64,000 nucleotides of DNA from Cetorhinus maximus (lineage: Eukaryota), in assembly GCF_964194155.1 (NCBI RefSeq), contig NC_135883.1:90768001-90832000 (forward strand), in the 5' to 3' direction. Numbering within the stretch: the stretch's first letter is position 1; the number at the start of each line of letters is the position of its first letter. This document shows positions 50,440 through 63,511 of this stretch, one piece after another. Position numbers and translations under genes: made by a program. A model generated the notes under the pieces. The model was not told where the DNA came from and ran no database searches. It saw only the letters and a list, made by a program, of their open reading frames with translations.

Positions 50440-51111
50440 TGACAGGGGGTCAGTTAACCTTGGAGGTTTTTTCACAAAACTAAATTAAACACTTAGTAAT
50501 AAAATAAATAATTTTAAGCACATACATAGGTCTACAAATTAATACTATGATAACTCCTAGCTCCCCTAATTAATCTGACTCTCTGCTACACCCCTGTTAA
50601 GGCAACAGTTAAAACAAAATAGATTTTAACAGACCCAGGCAAAGCACATGATACCCTGGACAAAGATATTCACAGTGAATTCTCTTAGCTTTGGTTCCCA
50701 AAGGCAGCAGCTTGGTACGTACAGGCTTTTCACACTTGTTCGATCTTAGAATTCCTTATTTCCTTACACGCAACCTTGTCTCTTTTATACATGTTTCTCC
50801 CTTTTTAATGTAAATCCATTGTTTCAATATGTCTTTGGACTTTACCTTTCTAATAATAAAAATCTTTCATAATACCAAATACATCAGTAAGCTTTGGAAA
50901 AAAGAAACACACTGTTTGGCTTCTCCTGGCTAAGTGTGACATTCCACCCTCTCTTTGAAATTGATGACGACTCTGGTTCAACTCAAAATGCAAATTTTCC
51001 TTTTGCACTTCACATTCTCAAACTTCAGCCATGTTTACTTATTTAGCATTTCAAACCTAGCTTCCCTACTGAGACATCAAAGCCTTCAGACCAGCTGTCT
51101 TTAATTCAATT

Positions 51112-51149
<38 letters not shown>

Positions 51150-51246
51150 GACATACACGCGCACACGCACACACACACACACACCACTATTCCAACATTA
51201 CAATAAACCCCAACAACCTTATACAAATTATTATATTTCCCTGACA
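50440..51246 (-). mobile_element. LTR-like segment
   Basis: Reverse strand begins TGTCA; homologous block with 39730-39850; no TSD confirmed. Confidence 0.4.
51114..51184. repeat. Imperfect (CA)n microsatellite
   Basis: Direct reading. Confidence 0.95.
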
Positions 51247-51309
51247 TTGGATACGCACTTGAAGCATCATAACCTACAAGGCTATGGACCAGTGCTGGAA
51301 TGTGGGATT

Positions 51310-52428
51310 AAGAACATAAGAAATAGGAGCAGAAGTAGGGCATTTGTCTTCTTGAATCTGCTCCACTATTTAATAAAATCATGGCTAATCTGATTGTGGC
51401 CTTAACTCCACTTTCCTGCTTGTCCACCATAACCCTTGACTCCCTTGCCAATCAAAAATCTGTTTAACTCAGCCTTGAATATATTCAATGACCCAGCCTC
51501 CACTGCTTCCTGTGGTAGAGAATTCCAAACACGAACGACCATCTGAGAGAAGAAGTTCCTCATCTCCGTTTTAACTGAAAGGTGCCTCATTTCTAAACTG
51601 TGCCCCCTATTCTACATTCCCCCAGAAGGGGAAACATCCTCTCAGCATCTACCCTAGCCCCCTCCGAATCTTACATGTTTCAAATAGATCACCTCTCATT
51701 TTTCTCCAGTGTGTATGGGCCCAACCTGTTCAGCCTTTCCTTTTATAAGGCAAACTTCTCATCCCAGAAATCAACCTATTAAACCTTCTCTGAACTGCGA
51801 CTAATTCAAGTATGTCCCTATAAGGTGACCAAACCTGTACACAGTATTCTAGGTGTGGTCTCACCAATGGCTTGTACAGTTGTAGCGAGACTTCCTTACT
51901 TTAATAGTCCATTCTGCTTGCAGTAAAGGCCAACAATCTTTTTGCCTTCCTAATTACTTGCTGTACCTGCATACTGACCTTTTGTGATTCATGTGCAAGG
52001 GCACTCGGATACCCCTGTGGTGTGTAGCATTCTTCAGTCTCTCTCCATTTAAACAATATTCTGCTTTTATATTCTTCTGGCTAAACTGGACAACATTGCA
52101 TTTTCCCACATTGTACTCCATCTGCCAAATTTTGGCTAACTCACTTAACCTACCTATATCCCTTTGCAAATTCTTTGTATTCTCTTCACAATTTGCTTTC
52201 TTACCTATTTTTTTATCATCAGCAAATCTGGTTACAATACAATTGGTCCTTTCATTCAAGTCATTAACGTAGATTGTAAATAGTTGAGGCCCTAGCACTG
52301 ATCCCTGTGACATCCCAATAGTTACAGTTTGCCGTTCTGAAAATGACCCATTTATCCCAACTCTTTGCTTCCTGTTCATCTGTCCTCTGTCCATGCTAAT
52401 ATATCACCCCCAACACCATAAACTCTTC
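51310..52428 (-). mobile_element. CR1 LINE 3' part
   Basis: ORF 51954-52394 ([18 protein letters not shown]...RFADD) and ORF 51402-51590; tail aagaacataagaaatagg. Confidence 0.9.
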
Positions 52429-52429
52429 T

Positions 52430-52722
52430 ATAAAAACAGAAAATGCTGGAAAGGCTCAGCAGGTCTGGCAACAACTGTTGAGAGAGAAACAAAGTTAACA
52501 TTTCAAGTTCATATGACTCTTGTTCAGAGCTAAAGAGAAGTTGAAATGTGATGGGTTTTATAATGCTGAAGAGAGGGCATGGAACAAATGGAGCAAGATC
52601 GGAGGTCAGGGATAAGTGGACGCTCAGGAGAGATTCAACAAAGATGTCATGGACACAAGATAAAGGGAGTGGTAATGCTAGTGTTAAAGACTAAGGCAGG
52701 TGTTGATAGTGGCATAAAAGTC
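52430..52722 (-). mobile_element. Penelope pseudo-LTR fragment with degenerate hammerhead motif
   Basis: Homologous to 37618-37910; - strand agctCTGAACAagagtcatatgaacttGAAAtgttaact at about 52493-52531. Confidence 0.75.
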
Positions 52723-53099
52723 AGTCAGCAGGGTGAGGGTGCGATGGTAGTGGTAGGAGGGATAGCGAGGGTGATCAGTGGGGTCAATGTGGATGAAGGG
52801 ATTTTCAGGAAGGTAGGGAATGTGCATGTTCATCTGGGCACATCTGGTTGGTAGGTGACTGTGGGGAGGTGGAAGGTGATGCCAGGGGGTTGACAGTGAT
52901 GGGGGAAATGACATGGGTAACTGGGCGAGGGGAAAGGATGGGGAGCTGAATAGAAACTTTACCAGTATCATGCTTCTAAAATCAAAAGTGAAAGGAGCCT
53001 TGTGTTGGTTGGGAACAGGTGCTGCATGGGAGTGTGATCAGTGGGTAGGCGGAGATGCAGGTCAGCTTAGATGGACAGCTGAAAAAGGACCCCAGCAGG

Positions 53100-54087
53100 C
53101 AGCATTGAAAATGCTCAGGACAGTGAGATGTGTGTGATTGAGGAAGGATCCTTCTGCATGGGAAAATGCTTGCATGAGGCTACGAAAGGCCCTGCCACAC
53201 ACACACTTTTCCCTCCAGAATTACTCATGGGCTGGCTGCACGCAGCTGAACTGAATACATTGTTCAAAGTGAATGAGGGGCCTAATGTGGACCACTCCAA
53301 CCCCTGGGACCCCTCCCTGGTGTTGTGAACCAGCTTCTCCTGCATGAAAACAGATGAAGAGAATGTGAGCAGGACGCATGACACTGTTGTTTGTGTGGTG
53401 AGCGGAGACATGGACGGGATGAGGACGGGAGCTCCAGAGGATATGAGCCTAATGGAGATGTGAGGGTGTGTGAGAGTTAGTGGTGTTGTTCCTTGAGGTG
53501 TGAGATCCCTGTGATGTGTGATGGGCTTGTGAGTCTGTGAGCTGAGGGTGTTGAGGGGAGTGACTTACCCTGGCAGAACAGATGAGACCATTCATCCTCT
53601 TTTGGCACTGGGTGGCTGTCCTCTTTTGCAGGGCATTGGCGCTGACCACCGCTGCTATTGCCTCCCATGCTGAATTGGTGACCTTGCTTGCTGGCCTTTG
53701 CCCAGATTGAGGCTAGAGGACTTCACAGCAGGTCTCCACTGTGTCTAGTAGGTACTCAAGTGAGGCATTGCCAAATCTGGGGGCAGCATTCTTCCTCCCT
53801 TTGCCAGCCATGACTTTGCAACAGCTTCCTACCCCTTGAAGAGTGATAGCTCTTTGCAGAGGTGACCTTTAAATATGGTGCCCCATTTACTGAAGGTCTG
53901 ATGTGACACGGGGCGGGTGAATGAGAGGGAACTCTGCCAGTAAATTGGCATGTTTCCAGGGAACGCATGATTGATGAGGCGGGATTGGGATGATACAGCG
54001 TGAAAAACCGCCATTGTAGCCGGTGGGTAAAATGTTTTTTTTCACACCCACTATCGCACTTAGTATAAATTTGGGACAATTCCACCC
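53100..54087 (-). mobile_element. One-ended Harbinger fragment with Myb/SANT exon 1
   Basis: VSANALQKRTATQCQKRMNGLICSAR|gtaagt is homologous to 24230-24316; TIR-like acaattccaccc ending at 54087. Confidence 0.75.
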
Positions 54088-55560
54088 TAGATTTTCAACT
54101 ATTCTTAAGATGTCTTCTACCATGAAGACAGATATAAAATATTTGTTCCTCTTTTCCAATTATTAATTTGGCAGTCTCGCCCTCTAAGGACCAAAACTCA
54201 CTTTAGGTACTCTTTTCCTTTTTATATACTTGTAGAATCTTTTAATGCCTGTTTTAATATTTCTTACTAGTTTTGTCTCATACTCCAATTTCTCCCTCTT
54301 TTTTAGCTATCCTTTGTTGGTTTCTAAAACTTTCCTAATCCTTTGGCCTGGCACTACTCTTCACAACATTGTACACCTTTTGTGTCAATTTGATACCACC
54401 CTTCCATAGTTAAACATAGATGGTGCATCCTTCTGGTAGAATCTTTCTTCTCCAATGGATTATATCTTCGTTAGAGTTGTGGAATATCTCCTTAAATGTC
54501 TGTCACTGCTTTGTTGATGTCTTACCTTCTGACATATTTACCCAGTCCACTTTAGCCAACTCTGTCCTCATACCCTTGCAATTGCCTTTATTTAAATTTG
54601 AGACACTCGTTATGGACCCACATTTCAAACTGAATGAGAAATTCTATCATGTTATGATCACTCTTGCTTAGAGGATCCTTTACTATGAGGTCCTTAATTA
54701 ATCCTGTCTCATTACACGTTATTAGGTCCAAAATAGCCTGGTCCCTGGTAGATTCCAGAACATATTGTCCTCAGAAAATGGCCAGAATTTTGCATCCTGA
54801 GGTTGGGCGTGTGCCCGGCCCACACGGGTTTAAGATCACGTGAGATGATGTCGGGCAAGTGTCCCGATGTCATTACTCACCTGCATGATATTTCACTCGG
54901 CGGGCACACGCAAAAGTCAGAAGTGTGCCCGCTGACAATTAAGTTGGCAATCAAGCCCATTTACAGCCCAACTGTCAGCAATTTTTTGTGGCCCGTCCAA
55001 TGTTACAGTTGGCGGACGGGCCACATTTTTGCTCAAACCTAATCCAAGGCCGGGATGAAATCTCTATTCGGATTTAAAATAAGAAGAAATATCTGGGGAC
55101 TGTTTTTTTAAAATGAGGTATGCTGTTGGGTGCTTGTCTGTGCTGCCTGGACATTTTTTTCAGAGTTTCTGTGCTTTATTTTATTTTTTGGTAGCCTGCA
55201 TCTTCCTGAGGCAGTTGTCTGCCCTCAGGGAGCTCAGTGGAAGTGCTCACCAGCATCCGCGGTGATGTCAGCGCCCGCCGTCTTCCCACCCCCACCGGCT
55301 GTGCTGAGCGTGTTTCTTGCTGGCGGACCGTTAATTGGCCAGGCAGCGTCAGATCACGCTCAGAGCACAATCTCGGCTGGAAGCAGGTTTTACGTCTGCT
55401 TCCGGCCACGCTGACCTCAGGCACATCCCGAGGGTAAAATTCAGGCAAATGTTCCAAATACACTCTATGAATTCACCCTCCAGGAAGATCAAAGTTATCC
55501 ATGATTATTGCAGTACTTTTCTTGCAAATCCCCCCATTATATCTTGATGTATAATCTGAT
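54088..55560 (-). mobile_element. CR1 ORF2 middle/endonuclease region, split by a MITE
   Basis: Homologous to 26480-27310. Confidence 0.75.
54780..55447. mobile_element. Harbinger-type MITE
   Basis: TIRs ggccagaatttt / aaaattcaggca; perfect TSD AAT (54777-79 and 55448-50). Confidence 0.85.
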
Positions 55561-55816
55561 TAGGCTGAATAACTATTTTTCGGTCAGCACAGATGAATGG
55601 CCTTCGTCTGTGCTGTAAATTTCTCTGATACTATGAAGTCACATCAAGTCTCATTTGATTATCACTCTGTGTTCACTGACATACATTGGCTGCCAGTTAA
55701 GCAATGTTCCATTTTAGAATTCCCATCCTTGTTTTCAAATACCTTCAAGGCCTCATCATTTGCTCTCACTGTCTCAATCTATTTACTGACAATCGAGGAT
55801 GACTATTTCTTCTGAA

Positions 55817-56780
55817 TGACTGGGTGGAAGCGAAATCTCAGTATTATTAACTGTGGACTTGCAAATGCCTAATGATCTTAGCCTTAGCCTTAACCAACAA
55901 GATCCAAACTCCACAGAAAAGAAGCTCACGCACCAGAAAGACAGAATTGAGGTACAAAGAAGATCTTGTGATTTGAAGAACAAATGATGGACAGAGAAGC
56001 TAAGGAAATTCAACTTCTTGCTGACAAACATGGCCTGCATGCCTCTTTTTCAAAGCAACCAGAGATCCATGAATCCTAAACACATGGACCAACAACAGTA
56101 AGATCCAAAGGTGACAAGTCTCTCCTTAAAGACATGGACAGTATCAACACTCGCTAGAAAGAGCACTTTGTAGAACTTCTCACCCAGAACTCCATGGTGG
56201 ACATGCACCTGCTAGAGAATCTCCCAGAACAAGCAATCAGAAGTGAGCTAGACAATGATCCAACATTCAACGAAGTGGTAACTACTGTCAAGTAGATGGA
56301 AAGCAACAGAACTTCTGGTCCGTGTGGAAGTACTGAAACATGCAGGAGTCATACTGTTCTCTCAGATACATGACCTATTTGTGAAGCTCTGGCAGACTGA
56401 AGAAATTCCAAATGATCTTAGAGTCACCTTAATAATCACAGTCTTCAAGAAAGGAGGCAGGTTGAATTGTAGCAACTGCAGGAGCATAACATTACTTCCA
56501 ACTATTGGCAAAATCTGAACTAGATTACTTCTTAATCCTCTTGCCAATTGCAGAGGACGTCCTTCTAGGGTCCCAGTGTGGCTTCTGACCACCAGAGAAA
56601 GAAACAACATGATCCTCACAGCACACCAATTTCAGGTGAAGTTCAGAGAGCACAACATCCCCTTAAACATGTTTTCTTCAACCTCACAAAAGTCTTCAAC
56701 TCGATGAATTGAACTGTCCTTTGGAAAGTGCTACAGCGCTATGGATTCCCAGCCAAGTTCACAAACATCATCTGTCCCGT
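55817..56780 (+). mobile_element. RTE-clade LINE ORF fragment, degraded
   Basis: EVLKHAG...IHDLFVKLWQTEEIPNDLRVTLIITVFKKGGRLNCSNCRSITLLPTIGKI, then SQCGF and DL.K.F.S-like remnants. Confidence 0.8.
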
Positions 56781-56799
56781 ACAGAACAGTACCATGCAA

Positions 56800-57105
56800 T
56801 TGCTATCTTAAGCCCCACAACCCACTGGGATATCTGCCCTTCTCCAATTCTGGCATCTTGAGCATTCCCGATTTTAATTGCTCCACCATTGGTGACTGTG
56901 TCTTCAGCTGAGCTTTGGAATTTCATCCCTAAACCTCTCTATCTCTTCACCTCTCTTCCCTCCTTTAATGCACTCCTTAAAACCTACCTACTTGATCAAG
57001 CCTTACCCAATTAAATGGCTGTCAAATTTTGTTTGATGCCTCTCCTGTGAAGCACCTTGGGGCATTTTGATATGTTAAAGTTGCTATATAAATATAAATT
57101 ATTAT
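56800..57105 (+). mobile_element. L2-clade LINE 3' end
   Basis: ctccttaaaacctacctacttgatcaagc...gtgaagcaccttgggg...gctatataaat; reverse complement of the other L2 tails. Confidence 0.7.
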
Positions 57106-58304
57106 TGTGGTTGGATTTGGGTTTGTGCCAGAGTTGGAATGAAAGGAGCTGCAAATTGAAATAAAATGAGACTTAGATTCCCAGTGATACAAACTGCAAG
57201 GATGCCAACAGCTATGGTGGCAGGTCCTAACGTTTGCATGTTTTGTACCTGCAGATCTTTTTTCAATGCCACTTCACAAGGAAGAGATGTTTATGTAGTG
57301 AGATTTGTACTGTCTTTGATAATCACTATATACTGCAGGAATATAGCTGAGAAAAATAAACACTGTCCAAAGCCAAAGAAAAACAGGAAGAACTCCAATT
57401 TAATAAAATAATGTAGTCTTACTGCTGAGTACATCTTGATTGACCCAGTATGGATTCTGGCAGTATCTGAGGCTACAGTTTTATTGTATTATTAGCTGCA
57501 GAGTGAACAGTGCCGTGAGCCACATTCAACTTGAGGAGGAGACAAAGGCCTGACTCCAAGCCAGGGGTTAGCAATAAATTCAAAGCCTCAAGCCATTTCA
57601 CTCAGTGGCAGTCTCAGAAAATAAAAGAGAGCAGAACACAAAAAGAACTGAATGAGAGGCAAAGCGGTAAGAAAGGCAGTATTTGAGAGTGGTGGAAATG
57701 GAATAGCATAAAGCTGGAAAGAGAAGGGTAGTGGTCCCTGAGGCTGGAGTGTTTGAGGCACAGAGAAGACCAGACTGCTTAAGAGCAGTCAGAATGGGAG
57801 AGGACCACACTGAGGCTGAGGAAGCCAAGATGAACTCCTCTGCCAGATTCACTTTTGTTCAAGAGACACTGTGACATCTTCTCAGTCACCACACTTTCAG
57901 TCTTTACACTTTACACTCAAGACCTGTAGTAATGCAAATGGGTTATCCTGGAACAAAAAAAGGAACTACTAACATATTTTAATTTGTAAAGTATCAGTAT
58001 GGTCTGGTAAGTAAATTGCAATGCAATTGGTAAAATTCTCAAACCTGTAACTGTTACAGAGGGCCTGTGTATGGATTGCCTGTTAATAGTTATTTTTGTT
58101 TAGCATTATATTAGCATTCAAGAACACTAAAACGCTGACAAGACAGATAAATGTTTGATGAAGTTCTGAATGGTATATTGTGAGCTATGTCTGTTTGTGA
58201 ATTGCTGTCAGTTTAACAGGAGGAAACTCTATACATGCAGAGCTTCAATTGGCACTAAATTTTGAAAGTTTGACAATGAAAAATGGGAACAGAGCACAAA
58301 AAAA

Positions 58305-58670
58305 AGATTTGCAATTATATAGCATCTTCCACAACTTCCTGATGCCTTAAAGCTCTTCACAATCAATAAATTACCTTTGAAGCATAGACATTGTTGTATA
58401 GGTAATTGCGACTGCCAATTTGTGCATCAAGGATTCACAAACAACAATGAATTTATGATCAGAGCTCACTAGCTGTTTTTTGATTGTGCTGGCTAAGGAA
58501 TAAGTAAGACAGTGGGCACTTCAAATAGTGCCATGATCCGAGCAGCCATCCCTGCCCAATTTAATATTTCACCTAAAAGTCAACATCACTATCAATGCAG
58601 CACTTCCTCAATACTACACTAAAATATCAGTTTAGTTTATATACTCAGTGGGGATATGAACCCATTACAT
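58305..58670 (-). mobile_element. Deu-domain SINE, degraded
   Basis: caatgcagcacttcctcaatact and aaatagtgccatg are reverse complements of the Deu core; L2-type tail near 58310. Confidence 0.55.
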
Positions 58671-59404
58671 TTTGTTTTGGGTATGCGAATACAGGTGGCA
58701 CCCTCAGTTGGTAGCATTTGAAAGGCTCAGCATTAGGTTTATAAAGTGCCCAGGAGATCTAACAGGCCCCCAAAGACTTCATGAATCATTGTTGCACTGC
58801 ACTGGGATTGCATTTCATATAGCTTAAGCTATAGATTAAGTTGGCCTCCTCAAGGAGGTGGGTTGGGGGCCTAATGCTTGCTTGAGGCCCACACTGCAAA
58901 CTCATGTTGTCCTGAGACATCAGTAACATCCCTGGCAACACTCAGATAAACCAATTCTACAGATTGCCTGGAGAAAATAGCTAAGTACCTATAGGTAATA
59001 GATACAGATACCTGTAAACCACACTCCTGACCAGTGTGTTTCCTAGCCTGAGAGCCCCAGACTCCAGACCTTGGCTTCAACCTCTGATTTCCTCCTCAGC
59101 CGAAGGCCCGCAACCTCCTTTCTCTGACACCTGAGATCCCCTACCCGAGTTCATCTATGTATTTATCTATGTACTAGCAATGGCCTGAATCTCCTGTATT
59201 TATCTGTGTCATCCCACAGTGCATTCAGTATGGGAATGAGGTCTGAGGTCCAATGTCCCTACTTGTGCAAATGGAAGATCCCAAAATGGATGGTTCCAAA
59301 TTTCTAGGCACATATATTTTCTGTACTTTTGAGGTACTATGCCAAGAAAACTAAGTGCTAAGGCCCATATTGAAGGATGCCATTAAATTTCAGCAAATTA
59401 AACA

Positions 59405-59930
59405 ACATCTTAGTACCTTTCTTAACATGGCAAAACATCCCAAGGCACTCCTCAGGAGCATTATAAAATAAAAGTTGACACATAAGCCACTTAGGGAGAT
59501 GACCAAAAGCTTGGTCAAGAAGGAAGGTTTAAGAGGTGTCTTAAAGGTAGAGAGGGAGGGAGGCAGAGAGGTATAAGGAGGGAACTCCAGACTTTAGGAT
59601 CTCAGCAGCTAATTAAAATCACTTCAAGTAGTCAGTATTGGAGGAGCACAGGTATCTCAGATGGTTGTAGGGCTGGAGGAGATTACAAAGGTAGGGAGAG
59701 GCAAGGCCATGGAGGGATTTGAAAACAGGATGAGAATTTTAAAATCATGGCATTGCTTAACTAGGAGCCAATGTAGGACAACAAAAACAGGGTTGATGGG
59801 TGAATGGAACTTGGTGCGAGTTAGGATATGGGCAGCAGAGTTTTGAATGAACTTATGTTTAGAGATTGTGAAAGATGGATGGCTGGCCAAGAATGCATTG
59901 CAATAATCTAGACTGGAGGTAACAAAAGGC
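59405..59930 (-). mobile_element. L2-clade LINE 3' end
   Basis: ORF 59657-59941: FVTSSLDYCNAFLAS...IQNSAAHILTRTKFHSPINPV...LHWLLVKQ. Confidence 0.85.
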
Positions 59931-60391
59931 AAAATAAGCAATTAAGTGATGGCAAATTTGGGTTTTAAAAGTCACAAGCTAAGAAGAACAGGGAAAGATA
60001 GGTTATTTGGCATCTTTGCGTAGCAGTAGCCACTGCATTTAAAGTTTTGTTTTTGTATTCATCCATTAAGTAAGATAATGTTAGTGGTGGTAGCCATCCA
60101 TCTTGAAAGATAATAGTGTTAGCATGAAAGCAGTTTTCTTTGCCAGGCTGTAATGTGAATGACTGAAGAGTCCCATTTTGAGCAACTATCTTTGTCACCT
60201 ATGGTGCAGGCATAATGTATGAAGTCAGTTGAAGGAGCTCATACACTATTAACTGTTGAAATCTGATCTGCCTCTTTGGTCCTTTGATGTAGCACAGCTA
60301 TCCCGTGTGACCTGTCATTAGCCAGTTCTTCCCAGCTTGTGTATTGATGCTGAAAGGTTTCAAGTTCCTCTTGCAAACATCCTTGAACCTG

Positions 60392-60532
60392 AAATAAAAG
60401 CAAAATACTGTGGACGCTGGAGATTTGAAAGAAAACAGAAAGCGCTGGGAAAACTCAGCAGGTCTGGCAGCATCTGTGGAGAGAAAAGCAACGTTAATGT
60501 TTCAGAGGCAACATGACTCATCTTCCGAACCT
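60392..60532 (-). mobile_element. Penelope pseudo-LTR terminus with degenerate hammerhead motif
   Basis: aaagcaaaatactgtggacgctgg...ctcagcaggtctggcagcatctgtggagag; - strand ggttCGGAAGAtgagtc..tGAAAcattaac. Confidence 0.7.
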
Positions 60533-61926
60533 GAGTCTAGATCATCCCAGCTGCCTTAAATTATCCGCAAATTCTCCAAACTAGTGAACCACTGGAATAT
60601 GCCCATCTTCCATCTGATATAGATGACCAAGTTGCCAGATATGTCCATGTTTGAGAAGGATTATTAGATTTGGCAACTCAACTTCTTCAAATACTTCAGT
60701 GTCAGGAACTGTATCTTTTGACTTAAAATGTGCAAATGAGCGGGTAAAATAGATTAACTTGAGTAAAAAAGTTGTTCTTGGATTATTGGCCAATTATTCA
60801 AGGCTCCACGACTCTAACTTTGACTGATAGCAGCTGTAAAAATGCTACTATATGGTCCCTGAATTATTTCTAATATATCTTATCTAGTCATGACCATAAA
60901 ATATTCAGACTAGTTCCTGAATGTAAGTGAGAGAGTTTCCAAAAGTGTCAATAATAGCATAAAAAGAGATGTTTATCTCTCTTCATTACCTCCAGCTAAA
61001 CTAACAGAGCAATTTCAGTTCAGGCATCATTCAATGAAAATCTATTGGGCTTGAACACTTTTTGCAAATATTCTCATGAGGTGGGTTAAGCATCTTGCTT
61101 CTCCAGGAAATGTTTTAATCATTAATAAACTTGAAGTACTCTGTTGAGCAAATGGCTAATCTATAGAATAATGTGCATCATTTTGCTTCAGAGATTATTG
61201 CCAATGTCCCTGGAGAAGGTACAGCATGGTGTAAAGCAAACCTGAATGAGAGTTTTAACGCCCTAAAGCAGTTTATGTTTGGAGAGGACTGTGAAATCAT
61301 TTTGTTCTCTTTAAAACTTTGAATTAGTAAACTTTGCTTAATAGGATAATAGTTACGTTATGTGATCTTCCCATTACATAGAAAAACTTTTAACTAACTT
61401 TAATGTGTTTTAAGGAAGTCACTTTGACAACTTGCTATCACTTTGAGCCCATTTCTTATTTACATTCAACATACTTAAATGCCCTGAATTAAGCTCACCA
61501 TAACTCACAAATACAAAACCGAGTTACATGAGTTAATTACTTCTATTAATTCTGTAGCTACTACTGAAGATAACATCTGACAGTGTGGCACCAAGGAACC
61601 CCATCAAGGCTGAGAACAATGAAACTCAAGGGCAACAGCCTCCAGTGGCAGGGAGATGGTGGCCTATAAACTTATGAGCTCTCAAAAATGCATGAGAACA
61701 AAAAAACAGTAAAAACTGGGAAATAAGAGTACTGGTCCGAACTGTTTTTTTCCTATTGGGTGTGGGGACTGCAATGCATGATTAATCTGGACCCAATGAA
61801 TGGAATACAGGCAACATGCCAACTTCTTTGCTAATTCTAACAATTGCAGCATGCAGCCTGCACTCCCAGTGCCGGCCATTGGCTGTGTGTATCAGCAGAG
61901 TGGCCCAATATCAGTAATAATGTTGC

Positions 61927-62715
61927 ATGGAATTCAGTTCCTCTGATGGCAGGCCCCCCCTCCCCCAACCAGATGGAGCCAGTGTGAACCCTGCGCCATT
62001 TTTGTTTAGAAAACTATTTAAGTGCAATCAGGCACTTAACTGGCCAGTGTCAGGCCTCCCATGTGATCAAGGCTCCAGCGGGGAGGAAATCCTTGGCCAA
62101 TCAGAGGCTGTCAACTCTTCATTGCCGGTAGTGACACCGGGTGTAGTGACTGCTGCCAGTAGTGCTATAAGGCCTTCACCAGGGATCATAGCTGGATCCC
62201 TGGAGACAGGTGAGTGGGTCAGGGAGGGGGTTGCCAATGAGAGACAGGAGGGGGGTCGGATACAAGGGCAGGGAGTAGCTTTCAGCATCACCTCCCCCTT
62301 CCTAATGTCAGGCCCCTCAATCAGGCACCGAGTGCCTGGGAGCGAGGCACCTCGCCCCTATGAGGCCTATGAACAAGGAACCCCCCCACCCCTGACCCCA
62401 CCACCCCACAAGGCCACAGGCAGACCCAACAGCGTTTGCTGGGCAGCTTTTGGGAAGCATGGAAGAGCCATGCAAGTCCCGTTAAATCCCTGAGCCGCCA
62501 GTAAGTCTCAGAGGGCTCAGGGCTAGTTGTTCTCAAGTGGCTCATTAATGAGCCTAATTGACATCCCGTCACCAGTGGCTGGGATTTCTGTGTTGGGCCC
62601 TATACACCCCCAACTAAATTAGGGATTATTGATGCTGGGAATCGAATGCAGTTACTGATTCTCCTGGCCCCCCTGCCATCATGCCTGCTTCAGCAGGCTC
62701 CATTAAATTCTGCTC
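61927..62715. mobile_element. Old Harbinger-type MITE candidate
   Basis: GC-rich island; ends resembling the TIR (taaattctgctc near 62705-62716); cttaactggcc and ctaattg motifs; weak similarity to 32327-32983. Confidence 0.45.
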
Positions 62716-62889
62716 ATTAATTCTGTTTCTCTCTTCACTGGTGCTGCCAGACCTGTTGAGTATTTCCAGCATTTTCTGTATTTATTTCGTTAGTGACGCA
62801 AATCACTTAAAACTAGCACTTAAAGGGGAGTCACAATGTGGCTACAGTAGGTGCTGGGAATCATTCTGTAACTGAAACTTTCTCTTCTT

Positions 62890-63272
62890 TATTTTTACAT
62901 GGGACATAAGCATCACTGGTAAGGCCAGCATTTGTTGCCCATCCCTAATTTCCCTTGAAATGAGTGGCCTCCTAGGCTATTTCAGAGGGCAGTTAAGAAT
63001 CAACCACATTGCTGTGGATCTGAAGTCAATGCAGGCCAGACCAGGTAGGGAAGGTAGATTTCCTAACCTAAAGGGCACCAGTGAAACAGATGGGCGTTTT
63101 AAGAAAATTGATGATGGTTTCATGGTCACCATTACTGAAATTAGCTTTCAATTCCAGATTAATTTATTACATTTAAATTCCACCAGCTGGTGGGATTCAA
63201 ACCCATGTCCTCTGGAGAATTAGCGTGGACCACTGGATTACTAGTCCAGTGACATAATCACTACACCACCGT
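62890..63272 (-). mobile_element. tRNA-derived SINE (full length)
   Basis: Reverse complement of the 15559-15900 family; B box gggtttgaatccc on the - strand. Confidence 0.85.
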
Positions 63273-63289
63273 CTCCCACATTTGACATG

Positions 63290-63495
63290 GGAAAGAGAGA
63301 AGCTGACCATGGGAGAGAGTGGATCTCCAGTTTTTTAGACGTTGCACTGGATGTCTTGGTGGAGGAAGTGGAAAGGTGGAGAGATGTCCTGCCTTTGCAG
63401 GGATGGGCAGGAAGCTCTCCAGGCACACAATGAGAAGGCAGTGAGAACAGATGGCTGTGAAGGTTATTGCCTATCATGTCGCCCTGAGGATCTGA
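63290..63495 (+). mobile_element. Harbinger Myb/SANT exon 1 remnant
   Basis: FLDVALDVLVEEVERWRDVL is homologous to FLDACLAVLLEEVGQRRDVL. Confidence 0.6.
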
Positions 63496-63511
63496 ATCCG
63501 ATCTGAAACCA

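Noticed and set aside
61927-62493. 188-aa ORF as a protein-coding gene
   Set aside because: Low-complexity GC-rich frame within a probable MITE; no domain and no splice context.
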